A stretch of DNA of 64,000 nt from Ignavibacteriota bacterium (GTDB taxonomy: Bacteria; Bacteroidota; Ignavibacteria; UBA10030), in assembly GCA_963701295.1 (NCBI GenBank), contig OY969585.1, forward strand, positions 2,976,001 to 3,040,000, given 5' to 3'. The notes below the pieces were generated by a model. The model saw only the letters and a list, made by a program, of their open reading frames with translations, searched no databases and had not been told where the DNA came from. A program made the translations under genes and the position numbers. Below, piece after piece: positions 55,020 to 64,000 of this stretch (position 1 is its first letter; the number at the start of each line of letters is the position of its first letter).

Positions 55020-56015
55020 CTATTTCAATACTTCTTTCAACAGCCACGTATTCCAATTGACTGACCATTCATTTACATTTTTTTCTGTGATCGATGTTAG
55101 TGGACTATAGAGAAGGGGTTCATTTGGCGCTTTACTTTTGATTATTTTATCAAGTAATATTGCAACCGATTTATAACCCATCTGGAAACAGTTTATTCCA
55201 ACAAGGCCTTGTACGTAACCACTCTTCACATATTCCAATTCGACCGGCACTGCGTTCCCGGCGACTACTTTCACTTCGCCTGCTTTCCATTTTAAGCTAT
55301 TCTTCACCTGAAGCGCTGAACTGGTAATAAGTATCCACCCTGCAATATTGGGATTAGTTTTCTGTGCTCGATTTAAAGTTTCTGACGCTATTTCAGGAAT
55401 ATTTAAATTATGATAAATATTATCCTGAGGGAGAATGATATGGGGATGTTTTTTTAATTCTTCTTTAATTCCTTGAAGTCGACTCTGCAAATTCAAAGTA
55501 TTTTTAGGCCCAGCAAGAATGGCTATTATTCCCTTCTCATTGATTGCGTTTGCAAGTTCCTGCATTAGCATTCGGCCAAATTTAATGTCATCCGCTCCAT
55601 AGTAAGCAAATCGTTTACTCTTTGGCGCATCAGAATCGAAACATATGATTGGTACTCCTCTATCAATCGCCTTATCGATAACAGGTGTCAGAAAATTTGC
55701 ATCAGAGCAGGATATTGCAATGCCGTCAATTTTTAGACGGGAAAAACGCTCAATTGCATCTGTTTGTTCCTCTACATTTTCCACAGAAGGTGTCTGCCAA
55801 TCAATAACAATATCGACTTTATATTTTTGACCCAGCTCCCTTGCGGCTAATTTCGCCCCCGAATATGCCGCGATGAACACGGGATTTGTACCTATTTTCC
55901 CGATAAGACCAATTGTTATTTTCTTCTGGCTGGAATTATTCTTACCTGATTGCGCAAAAATTATTCCGAAGATCACAAACACCAAACAGAAGAGAAAAAT
56001 GAATCTGTGTTTCAT
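55020..56015 (-). CDS. Periplasmic sugar-binding protein (RbsB/type I PBP fold)
   Basis: Signal peptide, NPVF, GIAIS, FDSDAP.SKR, YG.D...G; paralog of the next gene. Confidence 0.88.
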   Translation of the reverse strand: MKHRFIFLFCLVFVIFGIIFAQSGKNNSSQKKITIGLIGKIGTNPVFIAAYSGAKLAARELGQKYKVDIVIDWQTPSVENVEEQTDAIERFSRLKIDGIAISCSDANFLTPVIDKAIDRGVPIICFDSDAPKSKRFAYYGADDIKFGRMLMQELANAINEKGIIAILAGPKNTLNLQSRLQGIKEELKKHPHIILPQDNIYHNLNIPEIASETLNRAQKTNPNIAGWILITSSALQVKNSLKWKAGEVKVVAGNAVPVELEYVKSGYVQGLVGINCFQMGYKSVAILLDKIIKSKAPNEPLLYSPLTSITEKNVNEWSVNWNTWLLKEVLK

Positions 56016-56194
56016 ACTCTTCATATCCCTTCGTAGGTATCTCACATTTTGTATCTCTTAGAACAAACTCAACTACGCATTGTGAAAATGGTTACATCGT
56101 CAACGTTATATAGCATCCTGCTTGTTCTTTCGAAATGAAGATACTATCTAGTATCAAAAATGATATCTCCATCAATCATTAAAACTTTATAATT

Positions 56195-57193
56195 TTATTG
56201 ATTTACCGCTTCTTTGAGTAGCCACTTCTTCCAATTAAGCGACCATTCCTCCAGATTTTTTTCTGTGACACGAGTCGGTGGATCGACAATTAATTCTTCA
56301 GTCGGTGTCTGATTCTTCAGTATCTTATTTAGCAAAATTTCGACTGATTTATATCCCCACAAAAAACAGCCTTGCGCGATAAGAACTTGTACATGGCCAC
56401 TTTTTAAATACTCCAATTCACTAGGGAGTGCGTCGCAGGCAACGATCTTAACTTCTCCTGGTTCCCATTTTATTGCATTTTTTATCCAGAGCGGCCAGCC
56501 ACCGACAAATACCCAGCCTCCAATTTGAGGATTTGCTTTTTGTGCTCGAGCTACTACTTCAGATGCCCTCTCTGGAAGTTCATCATGATAAAAGACTCCA
56601 TTTGGCAAAAGTTTCATAGATGGATATTTGTTGAGTTCCTCAATGACCGCATGAATACGGCGTTGTAGATTCGGTGCATTCTTATTACCACCAATAATTG
56701 CCACGACTCCTTTTTCATTCATTACTTGAGCAAGCTCTTTCATGAGTATACGCCCAAATTCAGCATTGTCTGAACCATAATAGGCAAATCGTTTGCTCTT
56801 CGGTGCGTCGGCATCAAAACAAACAATCTGAGTGCCAAAATCCACAGCTTTATTAATGGATGGAGTAAGAATATTTGCATCACTGCAAGCGACAGCAATT
56901 CCGGCTACACCCGAACGGCTGAGTTGGTCAACTGACTGAGCTTGTTCCCGAGGATTCTCAGTTTTTGGAGTTTTCCATTCAATGATGACCTCAACACCGT
57001 ACTTGGCACCAATTTCTTTTGCAGCCACACGCGCCCCTGCATACGCGGCTATGAACACCGGGTTCGATTGACTTTTTCCAATGATACCTATAGTGATTTT
57101 TTTCGCATCTCCTTTTTTGTTAACATCTTGGGCAAAAATCTGTCCGTAATTTATAAGAAGTAAACAGATAAGAAAAACGAGTCTGTGTCTCAT
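56195..57193 (-). CDS. Periplasmic sugar-binding protein (RbsB/type I PBP fold)
   Basis: Signal peptide, KSQSNPVF, FDADAPKSKR, GGWPL, DALP.EL. Confidence 0.9.
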   Translation of the reverse strand: MRHRLVFLICLLLINYGQIFAQDVNKKGDAKKITIGIIGKSQSNPVFIAAYAGARVAAKEIGAKYGVEVIIEWKTPKTENPREQAQSVDQLSRSGVAGIAVACSDANILTPSINKAVDFGTQIVCFDADAPKSKRFAYYGSDNAEFGRILMKELAQVMNEKGVVAIIGGNKNAPNLQRRIHAVIEELNKYPSMKLLPNGVFYHDELPERASEVVARAQKANPQIGGWVFVGGWPLWIKNAIKWEPGEVKIVACDALPSELEYLKSGHVQVLIAQGCFLWGYKSVEILLNKILKNQTPTEELIVDPPTRVTEKNLEEWSLNWKKWLLKEAVNQ

Positions 57194-57286
57194 AGTATTC
57201 CCATCCTTTCGCCTATTCAAAAATAATTTGTGCTTCATAGACTTTATTCTTTCACGTAACTCCTACTATAGGTCCTACAAGATAAT

Positions 57287-58894
57287 TTATCTAACTGTGT
57301 ACCCTACTTGCCTTTTAGTTTCTACAGAATTTTGAGAATTTTGTGAAAGTGCTCCATATCCACTTTGAGAGTTCAATTTGAACTGATTAACAAGTGTTTG
57401 AAGAGTTTCCGTTAATCGGTTCAAATCTTCTGCAGCGCGGGCAATCTGTTGAGTGCCCGAAGCTGTTTGCTGAGTGACACTAGCTATGGCTTCCATGTTC
57501 TTACTAATCTGTTCGCTGGTGCTCGATTGCTCTTCGTTCGCGACGGCAATCTGAGAGACCATGTGTGTCACTTTCTGTGATATCTCGACAATCTCTTTCA
57601 GCGACGCACCCGCATGATCTGCCAATACAATTCCTTCATCCACTTGCTTCGTCGCATTTGCCATTGTGCGAACTGCACCATGACTATCGGATTGAATTTG
57701 TTGAATCATCCCAGCAATTTGTTTTGTCGCCTTTGTGGTCTGTTCTGCCAGCTTCCTCACTTCATCAGCCACCACTGCAAAACCACGACCTTGCTCGCCC
57801 GCTCTTGCCGCTTCGATAGCAGCATTGAGAGCCAAAAGATTTGTTTGATCTGCAATATGTTCAATCACTCCAATGATCTCGCCGATCTGATCGCTCGATT
57901 TTCCAAGGTTTTGGATTGTTCCAGCCGATTCTCGCACAACATTAGCGATTTGTTTCATTCCGCTCACAGTATCTAAGACGACTTTTCCACCTTGCTCTGC
58001 AGCTCCTTTGGCTTTTTCTGCGGTATGCGCAGCCTCTCCTGCATTCTCAGAGTTCACAGCGATGCTTTTGGCCATTTGCTCAACAGCTCGTGCTATCTCT
58101 TCCGATTGAGTCGTTTGTTCTTGAGAACCTGCAGCCATTTCTTCGGTACTAGAGCTAATTTGTGCGCTTGCGCTCGCAACCGAAGTTGCCGTTTCGGATA
58201 CTTGAATCAATGTGTCACGTATGGAACCCACAAATCGATCAAAGGAATTTTGGAGTTGACCCATCTCATCTTCTCGGGTCGTATTAAATTGTGTGTTCAG
58301 ATCGGCATTATCGATACTCACTTGTATAGCCTGGAGGTCTTTTACCAAAACCTTTGCATATCTAATCACCCATACAATTCCTAATACAAGGATGATTAAA
58401 TTAATAATTGAAGCCAGCGCTACTTGTCTATAAACCGCAGCCATGACCGGCTCTATAGAAATGCCAACAATCGTAGTCCCCAATTTCCTTCCCTTATATT
58501 CAACCGGACGCAACTCCAAGACAATATCTTTTGCATCATCAAATTCTACCTGGCGCAGTAGAGTCGTTACGTCATATTTCAATTGTCGCGGATTATGCTC
58601 AACAATGGTTTGGTTGGATTCATCCATGATCAATATAAAAGCAACAGCAGGATCCTTCTTTGCCCAGTTGAAGGACGTTTGAATGAGATCAAAATTTCCG
58701 TCGTTCAATCCAGCTCCAACCGAAAAAGAAAGCGTTTCCGAAAGTAACCGGGCATTATTGTCAGACGCGTCACGTCCAGCCGACTTTTGATTGATCCAGT
58801 AGTAGATGATTCCGAAGAAAGTAATCACCAATAATGGAAGAAGAAAAATTGCAATCATTCTGGATGTTAATGATTTTTTAATTATGTCCATCAT
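57287..58894 (-). CDS. Methyl-accepting chemotaxis protein
   Basis: 2 TM, periplasmic domain, HAMP (REDEMGQL), [38 protein letters not shown]. Confidence 0.97.
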   Translation of the reverse strand: MMDIIKKSLTSRMIAIFLLPLLVITFFGIIYYWINQKSAGRDASDNNARLLSETLSFSVGAGLNDGNFDLIQTSFNWAKKDPAVAFILIMDESNQTIVEHNPRQLKYDVTTLLRQVEFDDAKDIVLELRPVEYKGRKLGTTIVGISIEPVMAAVYRQVALASIINLIILVLGIVWVIRYAKVLVKDLQAIQVSIDNADLNTQFNTTREDEMGQLQNSFDRFVGSIRDTLIQVSETATSVASASAQISSSTEEMAAGSQEQTTQSEEIARAVEQMAKSIAVNSENAGEAAHTAEKAKGAAEQGGKVVLDTVSGMKQIANVVRESAGTIQNLGKSSDQIGEIIGVIEHIADQTNLLALNAAIEAARAGEQGRGFAVVADEVRKLAEQTTKATKQIAGMIQQIQSDSHGAVRTMANATKQVDEGIVLADHAGASLKEIVEISQKVTHMVSQIAVANEEQSSTSEQISKNMEAIASVTQQTASGTQQIARAAEDLNRLTETLQTLVNQFKLNSQSGYGALSQNSQNSVETKRQVGYTVR

Positions 58895-59162
58895 GGCTGT
58901 GCTCCTTTAATATCATAATGATTGTGCCATAAACAGCAGAATCTTTTTCCGCCCAAATAGTTTTTTTCAATAAAAATTATGCCCCGTTACAATTTCGTAC
59001 TTTGCAAATATGCATTTTCGCCCCAACAATAGCTATCAGCAATCCAATGATTTTTCGTCGGACTATTCCTATAGAAAGTCGCACAGAATAGTTCGATCGA
59101 ACAAGTGTCACCTTTATAGAATGAATAATATTTAAACCCTGTCTTATTTAGTAAAGACAGCA

Positions 59163-60464
59163 TTAGTTGTGTTTCATTTGTTTATAGCGTTTCAGCTTTC
59201 CTTTGACTGTATCGATGAGCATATCGCCTGAAAATGGCTTTGTCAGATAATCATCGGCACCGAGCCCTTTCCCATATCGTACCATACCCTCATCTGTCAT
59301 CCCACTCAGAAAAATGAATGGCACTAGACTTAGATGATGTAACTGTCTGACTTTCTCATAGAACGAGAAACCTCCTATTGTTGAGGTTTCAAGATTTATA
59401 TCAGAAATTATCAAGGAGGGCATGTCATTCTTAAGTCCGGTGAGCGCTTCATCGGATGTATTGTAAGCCTGTACGGTAAATCCCCCACCTTCAAGCACCC
59501 GTACGATCATTCCCAGAGTATTTTCATCGTCATCTATAACATAGAGCATAGGTTTATCCTGATGCTCTCCAAACTCCACAAGAACCTTTGATTCTATTCT
59601 CGAATGTGCTTCCGGCGAAATTTGGTACTTATTGCGAAGTTCATTAATAACTGCTGAGCGTTCCTTTGCATTCATGCCGGAAGTCCAGACCAGTGTAAAT
59701 GCATGTGAATAGGATTCTTCCTTAGCCTCTAACTCGAGCTTTGTATGCTCTTCCGTTGTAATGCGAAGGGTTGTTCGCAAATCTCGAAGTTGACTCTGTT
59801 CTTCCGGAGAGACTGCACCATCTGCCCACGCCAGCAACAACACTCGTTTATACATATCATGAGCTTGATCGATTGTTTTTTGTGTCTGCAAAACATCAGG
59901 AGCAATTTCCACTACCCTTCGCAGTACTTGTGCCGTTGCATTTTGCTGCATTGGCGTCTGTGTAGGTTTTTGTGTATGCACAGTCTCGATCATCTGCTGC
60001 GTTTCCATATGGACAGAATACGCTTTGTCAGAACTCTTTGGAGAAGTAACAGGTTCTTGCATTTGACGCGCCGCAGCATCACTCAGCAATTCATTATGTC
60101 GTTTTTCGGCTTCAAGTTTTTTTTGTTGCCATTCCTCACGTTGCGTCTGCTGATCAGTTTCTTTCTTTAACCGTTCCAATTCTGCACGCCGGCGATCCTC
60201 CTCAATTCTTGCTCGTGCAGTATTCTCCATAGCTCCGCGATTCGATACTGCAACATCCTTCTTCGCTGCTTCTTCTTTCAAGAAAGCGATCCGCTCTTGG
60301 AATGCATAGATGTATGCATTTGTTGGATCTATAATTCGTGCTTTGTCGAGATGTCCCTTCGCTTCTTCTAGAAGTCCGGCTTTAATACACTGATCAACCA
60401 CTTTTAGAATGAAGTTTGCTTCCGTTCGGACTTCTTCGTGATTATGTTGACTTGAGGGTGTCAC
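59163..60464 (-). CDS. Multidomain response regulator: helical/coiled-coil region, TerB-like repeats, C-terminal REC
   Basis: AWADG.VS.EE..L..LR motif; REC: VIDDD, ISDINL, FLSG, GADDYLTKPF. Confidence 0.85.
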   Translation of the reverse strand: MTPSSQHNHEEVRTEANFILKVVDQCIKAGLLEEAKGHLDKARIIDPTNAYIYAFQERIAFLKEEAAKKDVAVSNRGAMENTARARIEEDRRRAELERLKKETDQQTQREEWQQKKLEAEKRHNELLSDAAARQMQEPVTSPKSSDKAYSVHMETQQMIETVHTQKPTQTPMQQNATAQVLRRVVEIAPDVLQTQKTIDQAHDMYKRVLLLAWADGAVSPEEQSQLRDLRTTLRITTEEHTKLELEAKEESYSHAFTLVWTSGMNAKERSAVINELRNKYQISPEAHSRIESKVLVEFGEHQDKPMLYVIDDDENTLGMIVRVLEGGGFTVQAYNTSDEALTGLKNDMPSLIISDINLETSTIGGFSFYEKVRQLHHLSLVPFIFLSGMTDEGMVRYGKGLGADDYLTKPFSGDMLIDTVKGKLKRYKQMKHN

Positions 60465-60557
60465 TTGTTTTTTCGTTTCAAAATATATATTTCTGCTCTA
60501 CCATAACATCAAATTAATTTTTACTGTATCATTTCTTGGCATGTTCCATCTATAATG

Positions 60558-62153
60558 TTAGCACCGTTCTTGATACCACCATCGTCTGACAATATCGCTC
60601 ACGCTCGTTGATGTATTACTTATTTTCCATTTATCAAAAAACTTTATATCCGCACTTGCAGGTTCCGGATTGGGAGGATCCATCTGTACTCGCAACGGCA
60701 TGGGAACTGCATCACCGACTATCAATGCCTCTCCTTGACGAAGCGAAGGAAGAAGGTTCTCTAGACCGGGAAAGGTGTCTGCAACAAGCCGACGCACATA
60801 ATTCTGATCAACCGGATTTGTAAGACGCATTACTACAAAATTGTTGCATTGAGACAGAATTGTCTCAGAAATATCAGATGGCCTCTGACTAACGATCATA
60901 CAGCTTACGCCATATTTTCTTCCTTCTTTCGCAATACGTTCGACAGTGCGTCTTGCAGATTGCGTGCCCCCGGCATTTGAAGATAGATAATTATGCGCTT
61001 CTTCAAAAACCAGGAGAATCGGACATTCGCGCCGATTAATATTCCAAAAATTAAAATCAAATGCGAGTCTTGCCATAAGGGAAACAACGGTGTTGACGAT
61101 ATCGAAAGGAACACCACTCATATCCATGATCGTTACTTTTGATTCACCATTCGACCCAAACATTTTTGTTAGTAATTCTGAGAACGATTCAGAGTGGATG
61201 TATAGTCTTGGCCGGAACATGAAGTCATATCGCGGATCGTTCAGTTTTGTATCAAGCTGTACAAGGAACCGGGCAAACTTGCCATGAAAGGGCCCGCCCT
61301 TCTCTGTCTCAAGAGCTTCTAACTTCGAACGCACCTTCGCAAAATCATAGTACACAGGCGTATCAATGGTGAGAACATTTTTTAATTCCGGATTTTGAAG
61401 GCGTTTTGCCTGGAATACCAGCTCTTTCAAAATAGTGATATGGGTCGCCGCGTTTTCATCTGCAAGATCAACAAACACCTCAGTCATTTCCTGAAACGTC
61501 ATCAACCAAAATGGCAACTCGAGTTCAGTCAAATTCAGATACTGACTGTTTTTCGGGAATGCACTTCTATATTCGTTATGTATATCCAAAATAACAACTT
61601 TCGTCGCAGGATTGCCGATAACCTTCTGCAGGATGGAAGCGACACTACACGACTTCCCAGAACCGCTTGCTCCAATGATTGCGATGTGTTTCCCAAAGAA
61701 ACGATTTGGATCAAGATAAGCACGTTCGTTTTCAAAGTGTGTCAGTGTACCGGTTGAAAATCCAAACTTTTGGAACACCGAAAAAGCAATAGCAAGGTCC
61801 TTTTCTTCCAGCAGATACACAGGTGCTTCTGCCGTCGGAAAAGCAGAAACTCCTCGCTCGAAGATACCGTTTTTCACCGAACCGACGAGGGAGATGATCA
61901 TCTCATAGTGAGCAGTGGTTTTCCCATTTTCACCATATTCCATTTTCCTGAATTCTGATACCATTCCCAATAGCACCTGTCTGCCAACAGGCACAAGTAC
62001 ATACGAACCAATCTGTCCAATAGGATATGTTTTTCCATTTAGTTGCAATGAGAGGCTTGATAGATGGGGATCAAGAGCAACGGTTGCATTTGAGGTCGTA
62101 ACCTTGCGAATAACACCGATCCGTTTTTGATCCCATATTGTTTTTACAGCCAT
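60558..62153 (-). CDS. HerA-like (DUF87) ATPase with an N-terminal HAS barrel
   Basis: GQIGSYV barrel, KHIAIIGASGSGKS (Walker A), FEEAHNY (Walker B), KEGRKYG, SQRP, LTNP.DQ. Confidence 0.92.
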   Translation of the reverse strand: MAVKTIWDQKRIGVIRKVTTSNATVALDPHLSSLSLQLNGKTYPIGQIGSYVLVPVGRQVLLGMVSEFRKMEYGENGKTTAHYEMIISLVGSVKNGIFERGVSAFPTAEAPVYLLEEKDLAIAFSVFQKFGFSTGTLTHFENERAYLDPNRFFGKHIAIIGASGSGKSCSVASILQKVIGNPATKVVILDIHNEYRSAFPKNSQYLNLTELELPFWLMTFQEMTEVFVDLADENAATHITILKELVFQAKRLQNPELKNVLTIDTPVYYDFAKVRSKLEALETEKGGPFHGKFARFLVQLDTKLNDPRYDFMFRPRLYIHSESFSELLTKMFGSNGESKVTIMDMSGVPFDIVNTVVSLMARLAFDFNFWNINRRECPILLVFEEAHNYLSSNAGGTQSARRTVERIAKEGRKYGVSCMIVSQRPSDISETILSQCNNFVVMRLTNPVDQNYVRRLVADTFPGLENLLPSLRQGEALIVGDAVPMPLRVQMDPPNPEPASADIKFFDKWKISNTSTSVSDIVRRWWYQERC

Positions 62154-62201
62154 AGTAACACCTTATTTAACCGAAAATCTGACAGTATTCAACTAATTTT
62201 T

Positions 62202-64000
62202 TTAATCGTATACTGCTGCAATTTTGGATGCACCATAAATTTCATTGTTCACCAACATCACCATATCCTCCGAATCAAACGGCTTCTGAAGAAATGGTAA
62301 TTCTTGTACGAGAGTACTCATATCACTCGGCAGATTTTCTATTAAGCTCCCGCTCATGCCTATGATTTTAATGTTTGGATTTATTCTCCTGAGGGCAGGA
62401 ATTGTTGTAAGTCCATTCATATTAGGCATCAACATATCAAGCAGCACAACATCGATCTTATTTCTATTTTTTTCATAGATCGAAATCGCTTCATGTCCGT
62501 CAAACGCAGTCATTACTTTGAATTTTCTGCTTTCGAGCGTAGCCCGTACAAGATCCTGCAAGCTTTTTTCATCATCGACAACAAGAACAGTTTCTCCATG
62601 TCCCATCGATAGGTTGCTGCCTCTCGCAACATGTTCCTTTACTTTTTCTTCTTTGGCGGGGAGGAATACCTTAAACTCTGTTCCTTTGCCGAGTTCGCTA
62701 TGGACATCTATGAAACCACCGTGGCTCTTTACAATGCTTAATACTGAAGAAAGGCCTAAACCAGTTCCTTTGCCCGGTTCCTTTGTAGTAAAAAATGGAT
62801 CGAATATTTGATTTATAATCTCTGGAGCGATTCCAGTACCTGCATCTTTTACACTAAGGACAACATAGGGTCCCGGTACCGCTCTAAAATGCAAACCTGC
62901 TTCCTGTTCATTGAGGACAACATTTTGCAAATCGATGGCAAGCGTTCCACCATTTGGCATAGCATCTCGGGCATTGATCGAAAGATTCATTAATACCTGA
63001 TATAACTGCGTTGCATCTCCCTCAACATTCCAGATTCCTTTCGGACAATGCCTTCTTACTTTTACCATAGGCGGGAATGTTTCTGAAACGAAATTGAGCA
63101 ATTCCCATAAGAGATGCTTAAGTTGAAGAGTCACATGTTCACCTTGCACTCCTCGCACAAACGACATCAGTTGTCTTACAACCCCTTCTCCACGCTTTGC
63201 CGAACTTTCCAATGTTCGTAAAATATCTTGGCTCGTTTCATCTGTGAGCTTCTCCTTCATAAAGGGAACAGCCAGAATAATGGGTGTAAGAATATTGTTA
63301 AGGTCATGCAAAAGTCCGCTTGCCAAAGTGCCCACACTTTCCAACCGTTGAGCACGAAGGAACTGCTGTTCTATAATTTTCTTATCGGTGATGTCTGTAT
63401 TAATAGTTAGGATTGATTTCGGCCGCCCATATTCATCCCGCACAAGACTCCATCGGCTTTCCATAACAATGGTTTTGTGCGTCTTTGTGACTTGCTTCAA
63501 TTCACCAAACCAAGAGCCCTTATCTTTCACATCGAGCAATGCATGTTTTATACTGTCCGCTTCCGTATGGAGTAGTTGGGATGCATTTTTTGCTAGAGCT
63601 TCATCCCGCTTCCACCCATAAATTCTCTCTGCACTATTGTTCCAATAGATTATATTATCATCCAGGTCTCGAACAACAATCGCATCCTGTGCAATATCCA
63701 GCAAATTTGCTTGTTCTCTAATTTTTTCTTCCGCTCGTTTACGCTCAGTAGCATCTTGCATATAAATCGCAAGGCCATCTTCCGCAGGATATGCCCTAAC
63801 TTGCAGCCATGAATTTAACGCTGAATAGTATTCTTCAAATTCCGCAAACTTGTGGTCTGTCATTGCACTATGTAATGCTTTATATGCTACGGAGTCCTTT
63901 GGTGCTGGGAATTCACTCCACCAATTTTTCCCCCAGAGGTCTTCGCGCCGCTTGTTTACTTTTGCCAAGAAGACATCCGATCTCGGATTCAAGTACTTAA
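62202..64000 (-). CDS. PAS-PAS hybrid sensor histidine kinase with REC (5'-truncated by the window edge)
   Basis: PAS/PAC domains, HDLNN (H box), NARDAM, DAGTG, FFTTK..GKGTGLGL, REC with DMLMP; frame stays open to the window end. Confidence 0.95.
   Translation of the reverse strand, partial: KYLNPRSDVFLAKVNKRREDLWGKNWWSEFPAPKDSVAYKALHSAMTDHKFAEFEEYYSALNSWLQVRAYPAEDGLAIYMQDATERKRAEEKIREQANLLDIAQDAIVVRDLDDNIIYWNNSAERIYGWKRDEALAKNASQLLHTEADSIKHALLDVKDKGSWFGELKQVTKTHKTIVMESRWSLVRDEYGRPKSILTINTDITDKKIIEQQFLRAQRLESVGTLASGLLHDLNNILTPIILAVPFMKEKLTDETSQDILRTLESSAKRGEGVVRQLMSFVRGVQGEHVTLQLKHLLWELLNFVSETFPPMVKVRRHCPKGIWNVEGDATQLYQVLMNLSINARDAMPNGGTLAIDLQNVVLNEQEAGLHFRAVPGPYVVLSVKDAGTGIAPEIINQIFDPFFTTKEPGKGTGLGLSSVLSIVKSHGGFIDVHSELGKGTEFKVFLPAKEEKVKEHVARGSNLSMGHGETVLVVDDEKSLQDLVRATLESRKFKVMTAFDGHEAISIYEKNRNKIDVVLLDMLMPNMNGLTTIPALRRINPNIKIIGMSGSLIENLPSDMSTLVQELPFLQKPFDSEDMVMLVNNEIYGASKIAAVYD

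Noticed and set aside
58912-58930. Sigma54 promoter upstream of the MCP (TGGCAC on the minus strand)
   Set aside because: The -12 element lacks the invariant GC (TTAT instead of TTGC) and lies too close to the RBS
58900-59160. c-di-GMP riboswitch upstream of the MCP
   Set aside because: One imperfect hairpin only; the GEMM consensus elements are not found

Overview
A 64-kb bacterial chromosome segment of moderately low GC. Gene content and style suggest Ignavibacteria or another Bacteroidota-Chlorobi lineage, which is an inference. Most of it is housekeeping and metabolic genes (rpiB, glyA, tatC, ilvE, purE, Sua5, arfB, mnmA). The notable parts are: (1) a probable ceramide-biosynthesis locus (Spt, bCerS-like GNAT, divergent CerR-like reductase); (2) a fluoride-riboswitch operon, crcB-DUF190-Zn-finger-like ORF-enolase-small membrane protein, trailed by a DUF190 remnant; (3) a peptide-scavenging cluster, OPT-standalone PqqD/RRE-PepD-MFSD1-like MFS, among further peptidases; (4) an unannotated ~75-nt sRNA with a perfect sigma70 promoter, twin CUCCC motifs and a terminator; (5) a complete 829-bp IS1595 element with a nonsense-mutated transposase, inserted in a terminator loop; (6) an ECF-sigma/RND efflux operon; (7) an orphan multi-stem non-coding element near mnmA; (8) a signalling cluster of hybrid kinase, HerA-like ATPase, TerB-like/REC protein, MCP and two transporter-less sugar-binding proteins. 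Four genes carry single-base frameshifts that are most likely assembly errors. No rRNA, tRNA or CRISPR array was seen.
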